64,000 bases of DNA from an uncultured delta proteobacterium. Lineage in GTDB: Bacteria > Myxococcota_A > Polyangia > Polyangiales > Polyangiaceae. The notes below the pieces were generated by a model. It ran no database searches. It saw only the letters and a list, made by a program, of their open reading frames with translations, and had not been told where the DNA came from. Both the position numbers and the translations under genes were made by a program. Positions 28,346 to 41,148 of the stretch are shown here, piece by piece. Where the stretch lies: contig CAWAIF010000003.1 in the NCBI GenBank assembly GCA_963782055.1, positions 6,464,001-6,528,000 of the forward strand, read 5' to 3'. Position 1 is the first letter of the stretch, and every line of letters begins with the position of its first letter.

Positions 28346-29834
28346 TCCGTCGGGGCGCCGTAGGCGGGCATCGCGTCAATCTGCGCGCGCGTGACCTTGC
28401 CGGACTGGATGATGGATTTGTAGGTCTGCGCGCTCGGCCGGGCGGTGCGTACTTTGGTGGTGGGATCGACGGCGTAGAGCCCGAACTTCGGGCAGAAGCC
28501 GCTGGCCCACTCGAAGTTGTCTTCCAGCGCCCAGTGGAAGTAGCCGCGCACGTCCACCCCGCGCTGGATGGCCCAGCCGAGCTGGTACAGGTGTTCGGCG
28601 AGGAATCGGCCCCTCATGACGTCCTGGGAGTCTGCCACACCATTCTCGGTGATGACGACCGGCAAACCGTAGGGGGCGACCTCGTCCATCACCGTGCCCA
28701 GGCCCTCGGGGTAGATGTCCCAGGCAAAGTCGGTCTTGGGGCGATCGGTCGGCATGTGATCTTGGGTTACGGCCACCTTGACCACCGGGATTATGATGCC
28801 CCGGGACGCGCTGACCAGGGTGTCGGAGTAGTAGTTGACCCCGATGTAGTCCTCCCGGCCCTTCAGCGTCGGATCGGCCGTCACGTCGTTCGGGCCGTCC
28901 AGCTTGCCGTCGTAGTCGTCGTCCCAGTCCCCGCGCGTCACCGCGTTCAGCATCCAGTCGTTCCAGAGGTAGCGGAGGCGGTCCGCGGCGGCCTGGTCGT
29001 CGGGGTCGGTCGGGTCGTTGGGGTGAAAGGTGCGCAGGTGTGCCGCGAAGGAGACCAGCGCCGCCTTCCCGTCGCCGTCGGCGTCGGTGGTGTCGGCCTG
29101 GTGGAGCGCGTCGTAGCAGGCGGCGTGCGCGCGCACCTCCGCCTTGGCCACAGCGAAGGCGCGGTCCATCGAGAGCACCAGGCCGGGGGGAAGCTCCCCT
29201 GCACGTAGCCGCCGAGCACCAGGTTGAAGGGCTCGTTGATGGTGATCCACCAGTCGACCTTGTCCCCGAAGCGCTTGCCCATGCGCGAGCACCACTCCGT
29301 GAAGAGCTGCACCGCGTCGGGGCGCTCCCAGCCCTGCGGGTCTGCTGGCTTGCTCACGTCGTCCAGCCAGTCCGGGAGGGCGAAGTGCTGCAGCGTGACC
29401 ATCGGGGTGATCCCCGCGGCCTTCAGCTTGTCGAGGAGCGTGGTGTAGGCGGTGACGCCCGCCGGGTCCGGCGTGTCGGCGTCGAAGGCCGCGCGGGTAG
29501 GATAGAGGCGCGCCCACTCGATGGAGAAGCGGTAGGCGTTCTGCCCGCTGTCCTTCAGGGCGGCGACATCCTCGTCGATGTGCGCGAGCGCGTCGGGGCC
29601 GCCGACGTCCGGCTTGTCGCCGTTCTTGATCTTGCCGGCCATCTCCACCCAGTGGCCCCAGTCCGTCGCTTGCAGGCCGGATTCCACCTGGAAGCCGGCT
29701 GTCGCCGAGCCCCACAGGAAGCCTGGCGGGAAGGTGACCTCCGCGGGGGGCGGGGGCGTGTCCGAGGGCGTCGACCCCGACGAGCACGCGATCGCCACGG
29801 CGACGGCGGTGACGGCGGCCAGGCGACGCAACAT
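28336..29834 (-). pseudogene. Glycoside hydrolase family 1 lipoprotein, split by a 1-nt frameshift at 29185-29190
   Basis: N-part FLWGSATAGFQVE, YRFSIEWAR, TINEP; C-part GVNYY, ITENG, WALEDNFEW; frames switch in a G6 run. Confidence 0.85.
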
Positions 29835-29858
29835 CGCCACTCATGCTAGCACGGGGCC

Positions 29859-30701
29859 ATGGGACTCCTCGACGGCAAGGTCGCGCTCATCACCGGCGCG
29901 GGAGGCGGCATCGGCCGCGAGCACGCGCTGCTCTTCGCGCGCGAGGGCGCGAAGGTCGTCGTCAACGACCTGGGCGGTCCGCGCGACGGCAGCGAGAGCG
30001 ACGCGAGCGCGGCGGAGAAGGTGGCGCGCGCGATCACTGGCGCGGGCGGCGCGGCCGTCGCCAACCACGACTCGGTGGCGAGCGCCCAGGGCGCGGCGGG
30101 AATCGTCAAGGCGGCGATGGACGCCTTCGGGCGCGTCGACGTGCTGGTCAACAACGCCGGCATCCTGCGCGACAAGACCTTCCTCAAGCTGGAAGAGGCG
30201 CACTGGGATGCTGTGATCGACGTGCACCTGAAAGGCACCTTCCTGGTGAGCCAGGCGGTGGCCAGGCAGCTCGTCGCGCAGGGCGAGGGCGGGCGCATCG
30301 TCAACACCACCAGCGTGAGCGGGATGCTCGGCAACTTCGGCCAGGCCAACTACGCCGCGGCGAAGGCGGGCATCTACGGCCTCACGCGCACGATGGGCAT
30401 CGAGCTACAGAAGCACCGCATCACGGTGAACGCGCTGGCGCCCATCGCCAAGACGCGCATGACCGAGGACCTGCCCATGTTCCAGGGGACCGAGACGCTG
30501 GGGCCGGAGCACATCGCGCCGGCGGCGCTCTTCCTCGCGAGCCCCCTCTGCGGGGAGCGCACGGGGTACGTGCTCGCGGCGGCGGGCGCGCGCATGTATG
30601 CCTTCAAGGTGGTGGAGACGGCCGGCAAGTTCAAGGACGAGGCCGCCGGCGTGTGGACTGCGCAGGAGATCGCGGATCACTGGGACTCCATCGTGAAGTG
30701 A
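29859..30701 (+). CDS. SDR oxidoreductase (3-oxoacyl-ACP reductase/HSD17B4-like)
   Basis: TGAGGGIG, VVVNDLG, NNAGILRD, GNFGQANYAAAK. Confidence 0.93.
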   Translation: MGLLDGKVALITGAGGGIGREHALLFAREGAKVVVNDLGGPRDGSESDASAAEKVARAITGAGGAAVANHDSVASAQGAAGIVKAAMDAFGRVDVLVNNAGILRDKTFLKLEEAHWDAVIDVHLKGTFLVSQAVARQLVAQGEGGRIVNTTSVSGMLGNFGQANYAAAKAGIYGLTRTMGIELQKHRITVNALAPIAKTRMTEDLPMFQGTETLGPEHIAPAALFLASPLCGERTGYVLAAAGARMYAFKVVETAGKFKDEAAGVWTAQEIADHWDSIVK

Positions 30702-30722
30702 GGCTGGCTGACGCCGGCGCGC

Positions 30723-30878
30723 CCGGAGGGGGTCCGGGCGGCACGGGGCCCAGCCCCGGCGATCGTTCGCCCGCCAACGAGCCGACCACCACCCGCCGGT
30801 CCGGAGGGGGTCCGGGCGGCGCCAGCCCCGCCAATCGTTCGCCGGCCAACGAGCCGAACTCCACGCGCCGGTCCGGGG
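30723..30878. repeat. Two imperfect tandem units (78 and 72 bp), each carrying ATCGTTCGCCSGC
   Basis: ccggagggggtccgggcggc at 30723 and 30801; atcgttcgcc(c/g)gccaacgagccga in both units. Confidence 0.85.
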
Positions 30879-30918
30879 CGGGGGCGGCCGGCGGCTCGTG
30901 ATAGGCTCGGCGTTCCCC

Positions 30919-31560
30919 ATGATCCGCAATCTCCTCCAGGCTGCCGCCGCTTACGTCCGAAAGAACCCCGACGAGATCGTCCGCGCCACGCTCAACGCCG
31001 GTCGGCTTCGCTTCGGCATACCCATCGCCGCGCTCGCGTGGATGGCCGGACAGGTGAAGGGGAAGAAGGCTCCGAAGGACATCGAGGTGGGCGCGGTGCC
31101 GCCGGCGCTGCGACTGCAGGCGACCGTCGACGCGATGGGCACGCAGCTCCGCGCCGCGGCCTCGATCAAGATCGACGAGGTGGAGATCACCGCCGATGCC
31201 ATCCGCGTGGGCGTGCGACTGAACGACATCAAGCTGAAGGTGATGGACGAGAGCGAGACGCCCGTGGCCACGCTGGTGAAGTCCGGCGCGCTCAATCTCT
31301 CCAAGCCGGGCAACCTGGTGAAGTTCATCCCCAAGCGCCCCGCCGCCATCGTCGAGGCCGAGGGCGACCGCATCGTGGTCGACCTGCTCAAGGTCCCCTC
31401 CCTGGCGACCAACGGGCGGCTGCGGCAGGCGCTGCAGGTGGTCTCTCCGCTGGTGGGCATCCGCGCCATCGAGACCGAGCGCGATCACATCTACGTCGCG
31501 CTCAAGGCGACCCCCGGGGGCCTGCGCCGGGCGCTCGTGGCCATCCGCGAAGCGCGCTAG
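30919..31560 (+). CDS. Hypothetical protein
   Basis: Strong GC3 codon bias, plausible globular composition, no motif recognised. Confidence 0.8.
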   Translation: MIRNLLQAAAAYVRKNPDEIVRATLNAGRLRFGIPIAALAWMAGQVKGKKAPKDIEVGAVPPALRLQATVDAMGTQLRAAASIKIDEVEITADAIRVGVRLNDIKLKVMDESETPVATLVKSGALNLSKPGNLVKFIPKRPAAIVEAEGDRIVVDLLKVPSLATNGRLRQALQVVSPLVGIRAIETERDHIYVALKATPGGLRRALVAIREAR

Positions 31561-31707
31561 ATGAGCGGCCGCCATTCGCGAGCCCGAGCCAAAGGGGGAG
31601 CCGCCGAATTCACGTCGGCGGCGCGGGGCATGAGCATCCCCCCCCGCGATCCGGCGTGGCCGGTTCGTGCACGCTGAACTCGGGACACATCGCTTCGTGG
31701 GCAGAGG

Positions 31708-32301
31708 TTGAGCCAGCTCTCGCTCTTCGGGTCGGTCTGCGGCGTCATCTTCCTCGCCGAGCTGCCGGACAAGACCGCGGTCGCCGCGCTGGTGCTCGCC
31801 ACGCGACATCGCGCGCTCCCCGTCCTCCTCGGTGCGGGCCTCGCGCTCACGGTCCAGAGCGCCGTGGCCGTCGCGGCGGGCGGGCTCTTCGCGCTGCTCC
31901 CGCGCACGGCGGTGCACGTGGCGGCGGGGCTGACCTTCCTCGCGTCCGCCTTCTTCATGTGGCGTCAGAAGGAGGACGCCGAGGAGGAGGTGCGCGCGGC
32001 GAGCGGACCCGTGGGGGCCAGCTTCTTGCGGTCGGCGTGGTTGTCCTTCGGCGTGGTCTTCGTGGCCGAGTGGGGGGACCTCACGCAGATCGCGACGGCC
32101 GCGCTGGCCGCGCAGACGCGCGCTCCGCTCACCGTCTTCGCCGGCGCGACGCTCGCGCTGTGGCTGGTCACGTCCATCGCGGTGGTCCTCGGTCACCGCG
32201 CGGCGAGGTACCTCAACCCCCGCACGACCCAGCGCGTCGCGGCGGTCCTCTTCGCCGGGATGGGGCTCTTCATGCTCGGGCGCGCCGCGAGAATCTTCTG
32301 A
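31708..32301 (+). CDS. TMEM165/GDT1 (UPF0016) Mn2+/Ca2+ transporter
   Basis: Two repeats AELPDKT and AEWGDLTQ in a 6-TM protein; TTG start. Confidence 0.88.
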   Translation: MSQLSLFGSVCGVIFLAELPDKTAVAALVLATRHRALPVLLGAGLALTVQSAVAVAAGGLFALLPRTAVHVAAGLTFLASAFFMWRQKEDAEEEVRAASGPVGASFLRSAWLSFGVVFVAEWGDLTQIATAALAAQTRAPLTVFAGATLALWLVTSIAVVLGHRAARYLNPRTTQRVAAVLFAGMGLFMLGRAARIF

Positions 32302-32308
32302 GCTTCGG

Positions 32309-32674
32309 CTACTCCTCCAGCGGGGGCGGGTCGGAGATGACGTCCAGCTCCATCGGCTTGCGCAGGGCCATGAAGGCCTGGATGCCCCTCTTCGCCTGGG
32401 TCGAGAGGTGCACGAAGTGGACGCCGACCCCCACCACCCGGCCGTGCTCGACGAGCTGCCAGGCCACCTCCGCCTCCACCGTGGCCTTCTTCTTCAGGAA
32501 GGTCAGGTTGACGGTAATGGGCGCGCCAATCTCCAGCGGGATGTCGCTCTCGATGAAGAGGCCCCCCAGCGAGATGTCGCGGGTGCGGCCGGCGTAGAAG
32601 TTGTGCGTCGACTTGAAATCGACGGCAACAGCTACGGAAAGGCGTGGGTGCTGTCGTCTCTCGGGGGTCCTCAT
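32309..32674 (-). CDS. PilZ domain protein
   Basis: ERRQHPR (RxxxR) and DISLGGLF (DxSxxG). Confidence 0.9.
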   Translation of the reverse strand: MRTPERRQHPRLSVAVAVDFKSTHNFYAGRTRDISLGGLFIESDIPLEIGAPITVNLTFLKKKATVEAEVAWQLVEHGRVVGVGVHFVHLSTQAKRGIQAFMALRKPMELDVISDPPPLEE

Positions 32675-32797
32675 GGCTTCCTCTTGGAGTGATACGGCCT
32701 GCCCCCCTGCCACCGAAGGCCTGCGCTTCACTTTTCGGCGCGACGCCTGGGGGCGGCCGGCCTCGGCTTCGACGGCGGCCTGTGGTACTGCCGCCCC

Positions 32798-34360
32798 ATG
32801 ACCACCGGAGGCGGCGCGCCGGCCGCCGAGCAGGAGAAGCGGGCCCCCGTCCTGCAGCAGATCAAGGAGTTCGCCGCGCCCTTCTGGGCCGCGAACGTGA
32901 TGGAGCTCATCGAGCGCCTCGCCTACTACGGCGTGCGCGTCGTCATCCCCATCTACATCGCCAGCTCGGAGGACCCGACCGGCCTGCACTTCACCAACAC
33001 GCAGAAGGGCACCATCCTCACGGCGTGGGCGCTCGTGCAGACGCTGCTGCCCATGTTCACCGGCGGCTTCGCCGACAAGTACGGGCGCAAGCCGACCATC
33101 GCCGTCTCCATCGCCATCAAGATGGCGGGCTACCTCTTGATGGCCACGCAGCGCAGCTTCTGGGGCTTCTTCCTCGGCTGCCAGGTGCTCGCGGCTGGCA
33201 CCGCGATCTTCAAACCGGGCGTGCAGGGCACCCTCGTGCGCGGCACGACACGCAGCAACTCCTCTGTCGGCTGGGGGCTCTTCTACCAGATCGTCAACAT
33301 CGGTGGGTGGCTCGGCCCGCCGCTCGCCGGGTACCTGCACCACTACGCGTGGAAGTGGGTGTTCCTGGCGTGCGCGGGCATCGTCTCGCTGAACTACATC
33401 ACGCTGATGATGTACAAGGACCCGCCGGACACGCCACCCGCGCCGGACCTGATCGAGCGGGAGACCGCGGGCTACCGCGACGCGGCGAAGGAAGAGACCG
33501 CGCTGCCCATGACGATGAGCTCGCGCACCGGCTGGCAAGTCTTCGTCTACTCCATCAAGAACCTCTTCAAGCCACGCCTCATCAGCTTCATCCTGGTGAT
33601 GAGCGGCTTCTGGGTGATGTTCATGCAGCTCTTCGACGCGCTGCCCAACTTCATCGAGGAGTGGACCGACAGCCGCGGCGTGGTGGCGGCGCTCCACCTG
33701 AAGGAGGGCATGCTCGCGCAGGCCACCACGCGCGGGCTGCAGATCCCGCAGGAGTGGATGATCAACCTGGACGCCACCGCCATCGTCTTCTTCATGATCC
33801 CGGTGGCGGCGCTCACCGCGCGCACCAAGCGGCTGCGCGCCATCTTCATCGGCATCTTCGTCTCGGTGCTCGGGCTCGCGATGGCCGGCCTCACCATGAG
33901 CGGCGGCTTGTGCCTCGCCGGCATCCTCGTCTTCGCCTTCGGCGAGATGACGGCCTCGCCCAAGATGAACGAGTACCTCGGCGTCATCGCGCCCAAGGGG
34001 GAAGAGGCGCTCTACATGGGCTACGCCAACGTGCCCTTCGCCATCGGCTGGACGTCCGGCGCCTTCGTCGCGGGCATCCTCTACGACCACCTCGCCGACA
34101 AGGCGAACCTCGCGATGCGCTACATGGCCGCGCACCACCTGGCCACGCCGGAGGCGCTGAAGGCCATGAAGCGCACGCAGGCGATGGACGCGCTGCAGGC
34201 CGCCACGCACCTGGACGCGACCGCCGCCACCAAGCTCCTCTGGACGACGTACCACCCGTACAGCTTCTGGTACCCGTTCATGGCGGTGGGGCTGCTCAGC
34301 GCGGTGGGGATGGTGATCTACGCGCAGATCGCCAGGCGCTGGACGCACGAGAACGCCTGA
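32798..34360 (+). CDS. MFS/POT-like transporter
   Basis: ELIERLAYYG (ExxERxxYY), GGFADKYGRK, FYQIVNIGG, 12+ TM. Confidence 0.88.
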   Translation: MTTGGGAPAAEQEKRAPVLQQIKEFAAPFWAANVMELIERLAYYGVRVVIPIYIASSEDPTGLHFTNTQKGTILTAWALVQTLLPMFTGGFADKYGRKPTIAVSIAIKMAGYLLMATQRSFWGFFLGCQVLAAGTAIFKPGVQGTLVRGTTRSNSSVGWGLFYQIVNIGGWLGPPLAGYLHHYAWKWVFLACAGIVSLNYITLMMYKDPPDTPPAPDLIERETAGYRDAAKEETALPMTMSSRTGWQVFVYSIKNLFKPRLISFILVMSGFWVMFMQLFDALPNFIEEWTDSRGVVAALHLKEGMLAQATTRGLQIPQEWMINLDATAIVFFMIPVAALTARTKRLRAIFIGIFVSVLGLAMAGLTMSGGLCLAGILVFAFGEMTASPKMNEYLGVIAPKGEEALYMGYANVPFAIGWTSGAFVAGILYDHLADKANLAMRYMAAHHLATPEALKAMKRTQAMDALQAATHLDATAATKLLWTTYHPYSFWYPFMAVGLLSAVGMVIYAQIARRWTHENA

Positions 34361-34364
34361 GGCC

Positions 34365-34445
34365 TCACCCACGCCCCCCCTCTCCGCCTCACCCCCCCCC
34401 TGCCCCCCTATCCCTACGAGGGAGAGGGGGAGAGGAGAAGGAGAG
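34365..34445. repeat. REP-like CCCTC...CCC/GGGAGAGGG hairpin
   Basis: cctcacccc...cccctatccctacgagggagaggggg after the MFS stop. Confidence 0.45.
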
Positions 34446-34584
34446 CGCGGGGGTTGCGGAGGGGCGCGGGGGTTGCGGGGGGGGACGGGAGCGGGGGCTC
34501 GGCAACGGCCGCGCGAGGGGGGCCGGCACGGGGCGTGCTCTTCAGGTGTTGCCGGCGCGTGGACGCGCCGCCCTGGAGGTCGTC

Positions 34585-35034
34585 ATGGACGTCGGGAAGG
34601 TGTGCACGCGTGAGGTCGAGACCATCCGCAAGAGCGATTCGGTGCTCGAGGCGGCACGGCGGATGCGCGAGCGCCACGTCGGGGACCTCGTCGTTCTGGA
34701 CGGCACCGGCGGAGGTCCCGCCGGCGTCCTCACCGACCGCGACATCGTCATCGGCGTGCTCGCTCAGGATGTGACCCACATCTCGCGGCTGTCGGTGGGG
34801 GACGTGGTCACCGCGGAGGTGGTCGTCGCGAAGGAGACCGACGAGGTCGCCGACGTGCTGGAGCGCATGCAGAAGGAAGGCGTGCGGCGCGTGCCGGTCG
34901 TCGACGACAAGGGCCTGCTCGTGGGCATCTTCGCGCTGGACGACGCGGTGCGGCTGCTCGGGAGCGAGCTCTCCAGCGTCGCGTCGCTCATCACCGGCCA
35001 GCGCGAGCGTGAGAAGGCGCGCCGGGGGGCGTGA
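34585..35034 (+). CDS. CBS domain protein
   Basis: [41 protein letters not shown]. Confidence 0.92.
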   Translation: MDVGKVCTREVETIRKSDSVLEAARRMRERHVGDLVVLDGTGGGPAGVLTDRDIVIGVLAQDVTHISRLSVGDVVTAEVVVAKETDEVADVLERMQKEGVRRVPVVDDKGLLVGIFALDDAVRLLGSELSSVASLITGQREREKARRGA

Positions 35035-35035
35035 C

Positions 35036-36795
<1,760 letters not shown>

Positions 36796-36799
<4 letters not shown>

Positions 36800-37824
36800 G
36801 CACCGACGACGTCACTCGCGATCAGGGCGCGGCGCCAGCTGCCGCGGGCTCCCTCATCAAGGAGCACGCGCTCGGGCTGCTGCGGCAGATGGTGCGCATC
36901 CGGCACTTCGAGGAGAAGTGCGCCGAGCTCTACAGCGCGGGCAAGATCCGTGGGTTTTTGCACCTGTACGTGGGGCAGGAGGCCGTCGCCGCCGGCGTGA
37001 TGCCCTCCCTCGGGCCGGAGGACGCCATCGTCTCGACGTACCGCGAGCATGGCCACGCCCTCGCGCGCGGCGTGCCCATGAACGCCATCATGGCGGAGAT
37101 GTTCGGCAAGGCGCAGGGCTGCAGCCGCGGCCACGGCGGCTCGATGCACCTGTTCGACGCATCGCGCCGCTTCTACGGCGGCAACGCCATCGTCGCCGGC
37201 GGGCTGCCCATCGCGGTCGGCCTGGCCCTCGCCGACAAGATGCAGCGCCGGCCGCGCGTCACCGCCAGCATCTTCGGCGACGGCGCCACCGCGGAGGGCG
37301 AGTTCCACGAGTCGCTCAACCTCGCCGCGCTCTGGAAGCTGCCGGTGCTGTTTCTCTGCGAGAACAACCGCTACGCGATGGGGACCGCGCTGGAGCGCTA
37401 CCAGTCACAGACCGACCTCGCCGCGAAGGCGCGCGGCTTCGCCATGCGCGCCGACAAGGTGGACGGCATGGACGTGGAGGCGGTCGAGGCGGCGGCGCGG
37501 CGGGCGGCGAGCCACGTGCGCTCCGGGGAGGGCCCCTACTTCCTCGAGATGCTCACCTACCGGTTCCGCGCGCACTCCATGTTCGACCCCGAGCTCTACC
37601 GCCCCCGGAGCGAGGTAGCGGAGTGGAAGAAGCGCGACCCCATCGACCTGTTCCGCGCGCGCCTGCTCGAGGGGCGCTGGGTGGACGAGCGGGAGTACTT
37701 GGACATCGTGAAGGATGTCGACGAGGAGATCGAGCGGGCCGTCGCCTTTGCCGACGCCGGGACGCTGGAGCCCACCGCCGACCTGCTGAGGGACGTCACC
37801 ACGCCGAAGCAGGCCGTGCAATGA
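36796..37824 (+). CDS. pdhA: Pyruvate dehydrogenase E1 alpha
   Basis: [29 protein letters not shown] ThDP motif, [12 protein letters not shown]. Confidence 0.93.
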
Positions 37825-38834
37825 GCGCCGCCGCGACCCTGAGCCCCGCGGTGGTGCGGTTGACGTACCGCGACGCCGTGCGCTCCGCGCTGCGCGAGGC
37901 GATGCACGCCGACCCGCGCATCTTCCTGATGGGCGAGGACGTCGGCCGGTACGGCGGCTCGTACGCATGCAGCAAGGGCCTGCTGGAGGAGTTCGGGCCG
38001 GAGCGCATCCGCGACACGCCGCTCTCCGAGTCAGCGTTCGTGGGCGCGGGCATCGGCGCCGCGCTGGGCGGCATGCGACCGATCGTGGAGATCATGACCG
38101 TCAACTTCAGCCTGCTCGCCCTCGACCAGATCCTGAACAACGCGGCCACGCTGCGGCACATGTCCGGCGGGCAGGTGAGCGTGCCTCTCGTGGTGCGCAT
38201 GGCCACGGGCGCCGGTCGGCAGCTCGCGGCGCAGCACTCGCACAGCCTGGAGAACTTCTACGCGCACATCCCCGGCCTGCGCGTCCTCGCGCCGGCGACG
38301 GTCGAGGACGCGCGCGGCATGCTGCTCGCGGCGCTCCGGGAGCCGGACCCGGTGATCCTCTTCGAGCACGCGATGCTCTACAACCTGGAGGCGGAGATCG
38401 ACCCCGACGCCGGGCCGGCGGACCTGGACCGGGCCGCGGTGCGGCGCACCGGAAAGGACGTGACGCTCGTCGCCTACGGCGGCACCGTGGGCAAGGCGAT
38501 GGAGGCGGCCGGCGTGCTCGCCGCGCGCGGCGTCGAGGCGGAGGTCGTGGACATGCGCACCCTCCGCCCGCTCGACGGCGAGACGATCCTGACGTCGGTC
38601 CGCAAGACCCGGCGCGCGGTGGTCGTCGACGAGGGGTGGAAGACGGGGAGCATCGCCGGGGAGGTCAGCGCGCGGATCATGGAGGGCGCCTTCTACGACC
38701 TGGACGCGCCCGTCGCGCGGGTGTGCACGCAGGAGGTGCCCATCCCCTACGCCAAGCACATGGAGGACGCCGCACTGCCGCAGGTGCCGGAGATCGTCGA
38801 CGCCGTCATGGCGATGGTGGGGTCCCATGGGTGA
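37821..38834 (+). CDS. pdhB: Pyruvate dehydrogenase E1 beta
   Basis: MGEDVG, DTPLSE, PIVEIM, AQHSHS. Confidence 0.93.
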   Translation: MSAAATLSPAVVRLTYRDAVRSALREAMHADPRIFLMGEDVGRYGGSYACSKGLLEEFGPERIRDTPLSESAFVGAGIGAALGGMRPIVEIMTVNFSLLALDQILNNAATLRHMSGGQVSVPLVVRMATGAGRQLAAQHSHSLENFYAHIPGLRVLAPATVEDARGMLLAALREPDPVILFEHAMLYNLEAEIDPDAGPADLDRAAVRRTGKDVTLVAYGGTVGKAMEAAGVLAARGVEAEVVDMRTLRPLDGETILTSVRKTRRAVVVDEGWKTGSIAGEVSARIMEGAFYDLDAPVARVCTQEVPIPYAKHMEDAALPQVPEIVDAVMAMVGSHG

Positions 38835-40017
38835 CTTCCTGATGCCTTCCCTGGGCGCCGACATGGACGCCGGCACCCTCGTCGAGTGGCGGGTCAAGCC
38901 CGGCGACCACGTGGCGCGCGGGGACATCGTCGCGCTGGTGGAGACGCAGAAGGGCATCGTGGAGGTGGAGATCTGGGAGGCGGGCGTCGTCGAGTCGCTG
39001 GTGGTGAAGCCGGGCACCAAGGTGCCGGTCGGCACCGTGCTGGCGACGCTCCAGGGCGGGCCGACAGCCGACAAACCCGCCGCGGCGCCCGCCGCGGCGC
39101 CGGCCCCGACGCCGCGGCCGCCGGTCGCCCCGGCGCCCTCGCCCCCGGTGGTGCTGCTGTCGACCGAGACTCGCGTGCGCGCGTCCCCCGCGGCGCGCCA
39201 GCTCGCACGGGACCGAGGCGTCGACCTCGCCGCCGTGCACGGCACCGGACCGCACGGCGCGGTCACGCGGGAGGACGTGGAGCGTGCGCCGCCCGCGCGG
39301 GTCGCGGAGCCGGTCACCCCTCGTCCCCCCGCCGCGGTGGAGGCCGCCGGCACGCAGGCCGCGATGCGCAGGGCCATCGCGGCGGCCATGTCGCGCTCCA
39401 AGCGCGAGATCCCGCACTACTACCTGGCCACCGACATCGAGGTGACCCGCGCGACGGCGTGGCTCGAGCGCGAGAACGCCGCGCGCACGGTCAACGAGCG
39501 CGTGCTCTTCGCGGTGCTGCTGCTCAAGGCCACCGCGCTCGCGGTCCGCGACGTGCCGGAGATGAACGGCTTCTACTCCGACGGCGCCTTCCGGCCGTCG
39601 GAGGCGGTGAACGTGGGGGTGGCGATCTCGCTGCGGCAGGGCGGGCTCGTCGCGCCCGCCATCCACGACGTGGACCAGAAGCCGCTGGTGCGCGTCATGG
39701 CCGACCTGCGGGACCTGACGACGCGCGCGCGGGCGGGCTCGCTCCGAAGCTCGGAGATGAGCGATCCCACGATCACCGTCACCAACCTGGGCGACATGGG
39801 CGTCACGTCGGTGTTCGGGGTCATCTTCCCGCCGCAGGTGGCGCTGGTCGGCTTCGGCAAGGTCACCGAGCGCGCCTGGGCGGAGGGCGGGATGGTCGGC
39901 GCCCGGCCGGTCGTCACGGCGAGCCTGGCGGCGGACCACCGCGCCAGCGACGGCCACCGCGGCGCGGTCTTCCTCGCCGCGATCGCGCGACACCTGCAGG
40001 AACCGGAGAAGCTGTGA
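38827..40017 (+). CDS. pdhC: Dihydrolipoamide acyltransferase E2
   Basis: Lipoyl domain VETQKG, E3-binding ASPAAR...GTGPHGAV, catalytic DHRASDG. Confidence 0.92.
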   Translation: MGDFLMPSLGADMDAGTLVEWRVKPGDHVARGDIVALVETQKGIVEVEIWEAGVVESLVVKPGTKVPVGTVLATLQGGPTADKPAAAPAAAPAPTPRPPVAPAPSPPVVLLSTETRVRASPAARQLARDRGVDLAAVHGTGPHGAVTREDVERAPPARVAEPVTPRPPAAVEAAGTQAAMRRAIAAAMSRSKREIPHYYLATDIEVTRATAWLERENAARTVNERVLFAVLLLKATALAVRDVPEMNGFYSDGAFRPSEAVNVGVAISLRQGGLVAPAIHDVDQKPLVRVMADLRDLTTRARAGSLRSSEMSDPTITVTNLGDMGVTSVFGVIFPPQVALVGFGKVTERAWAEGGMVGARPVVTASLAADHRASDGHRGAVFLAAIARHLQEPEKL

Positions 40018-40274
40018 TGGACCCGACGCAGATCCGAGAGGCGGTGGTGCGGGCGCTCAAGCGCGTGGCGCCGGAGGCCGACCCGGCCACGCTGGACGAC
40101 GCGGCCCCGCTGCGCGAGGAGCTGGACATCGACTCGATGGACTTCCTCAACTTCGTCGTCTCCCTCCACGAGTCGCTCCACGTCGACGTCCCGGAGGCCG
40201 ACTATCCCAGGATGCAGACCCTGGGCGGGGCGGTCGCCTACCTCGCGAGCAAGCTGGACCGCGGCGCGGCGTGA
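40017..40274 (+). CDS. Acyl carrier protein
   Basis: LDIDSMDFL phosphopantetheine site; TGATG coupling to E2. Confidence 0.88.
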   Translation: MDPTQIREAVVRALKRVAPEADPATLDDAAPLREELDIDSMDFLNFVVSLHESLHVDVPEADYPRMQTLGGAVAYLASKLDRGAA

Positions 40275-40328
40275 GGTGCGAGAGCGCGCGGCTGGCCCCG
40301 GGCCGCTCGTGATAAGGATGAGCGGGAG

Positions 40329-41096
40329 ATGAGCCAGCACCAGCTTGATGGCGTCAACGACATGCTGCGGCAGACGGTGGACCACATGCGCGAGGGCATT
40401 CAGGTCCTCGCGCCCGACTGGCGCTACGTCTACGTGAACGAGGCGGCGGCGCGCCACGGCCGCAAGCCGCGGGAGGAGCTGGTCGGCAAGACGCTGCTGG
40501 AGTGCTACCCCGGCATGGAGAAGACCGAGGTCTTCGGGGTGATGGAGCGCTGCATGAAGGAGCGGCGCGCGGCGCAGCTGGAGACCCCCTTCACCTTCGA
40601 CAGCGGCGAGACGGCCTGGTTCGAGCTACGCGTGCAGCCGTGCGAGGCAGGCATCGTGGTCCTGTCGCTGGACGTCACCGACCGCAAGTCCGTGCAACGC
40701 AAGGTGCGCGAGGAGCACGACCGCACCCTGCGCAACATGTCCACGCCGGTCGTGCGGGTGCACGAGGGCGTGCTCCTGCTGCCGCTCGTCGGCACGCTGG
40801 ACACCGAGCGCGCGGAGCGCCTCATCACCACCGCGCTCGAGCGCGTCGCCGACGACCACGCGCGGGTGCTCATCCTGGACGTGGCGGGCGTGCCGACGAT
40901 GGACACGGCGGTCGCCGGGCACCTGGTGCAGACGTCCGCGTCGGTGAAGCTCCTCGGGGCCACGACGGTGCTCACGGGGATCTCCGCCGACGCGGCGCGG
41001 ACGCTGGTTCACCTGGGAGTGGACCTCTCGACGATGAAGACGGTGCGCGGGCTGGAGGAGGGGATCGCGCTGGCGATGGAGCTGGCGAAGGCGTAG
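40329..41096 (+). CDS. PAS + STAS (RsbR-like) protein
   Basis: YVYVNEAA PAS; MSTPVVRV, LPLVGTLDTERA, ILDVAGVPTMDT STAS. Confidence 0.9.
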   Translation: MSQHQLDGVNDMLRQTVDHMREGIQVLAPDWRYVYVNEAAARHGRKPREELVGKTLLECYPGMEKTEVFGVMERCMKERRAAQLETPFTFDSGETAWFELRVQPCEAGIVVLSLDVTDRKSVQRKVREEHDRTLRNMSTPVVRVHEGVLLLPLVGTLDTERAERLITTALERVADDHARVLILDVAGVPTMDTAVAGHLVQTSASVKLLGATTVLTGISADAARTLVHLGVDLSTMKTVRGLEEGIALAMELAKA

Positions 41097-41148
41097 CCCT
41101 TCGTCGCGCCATGCTCCGGCCGATCCCCCGGCTCGGTGCGGGACGCGA

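Noticed and set aside
30723..30878. Possible CRISPR array
   Set aside because: Only two units, whole units are similar (no unique spacers), and no cas genes in the window
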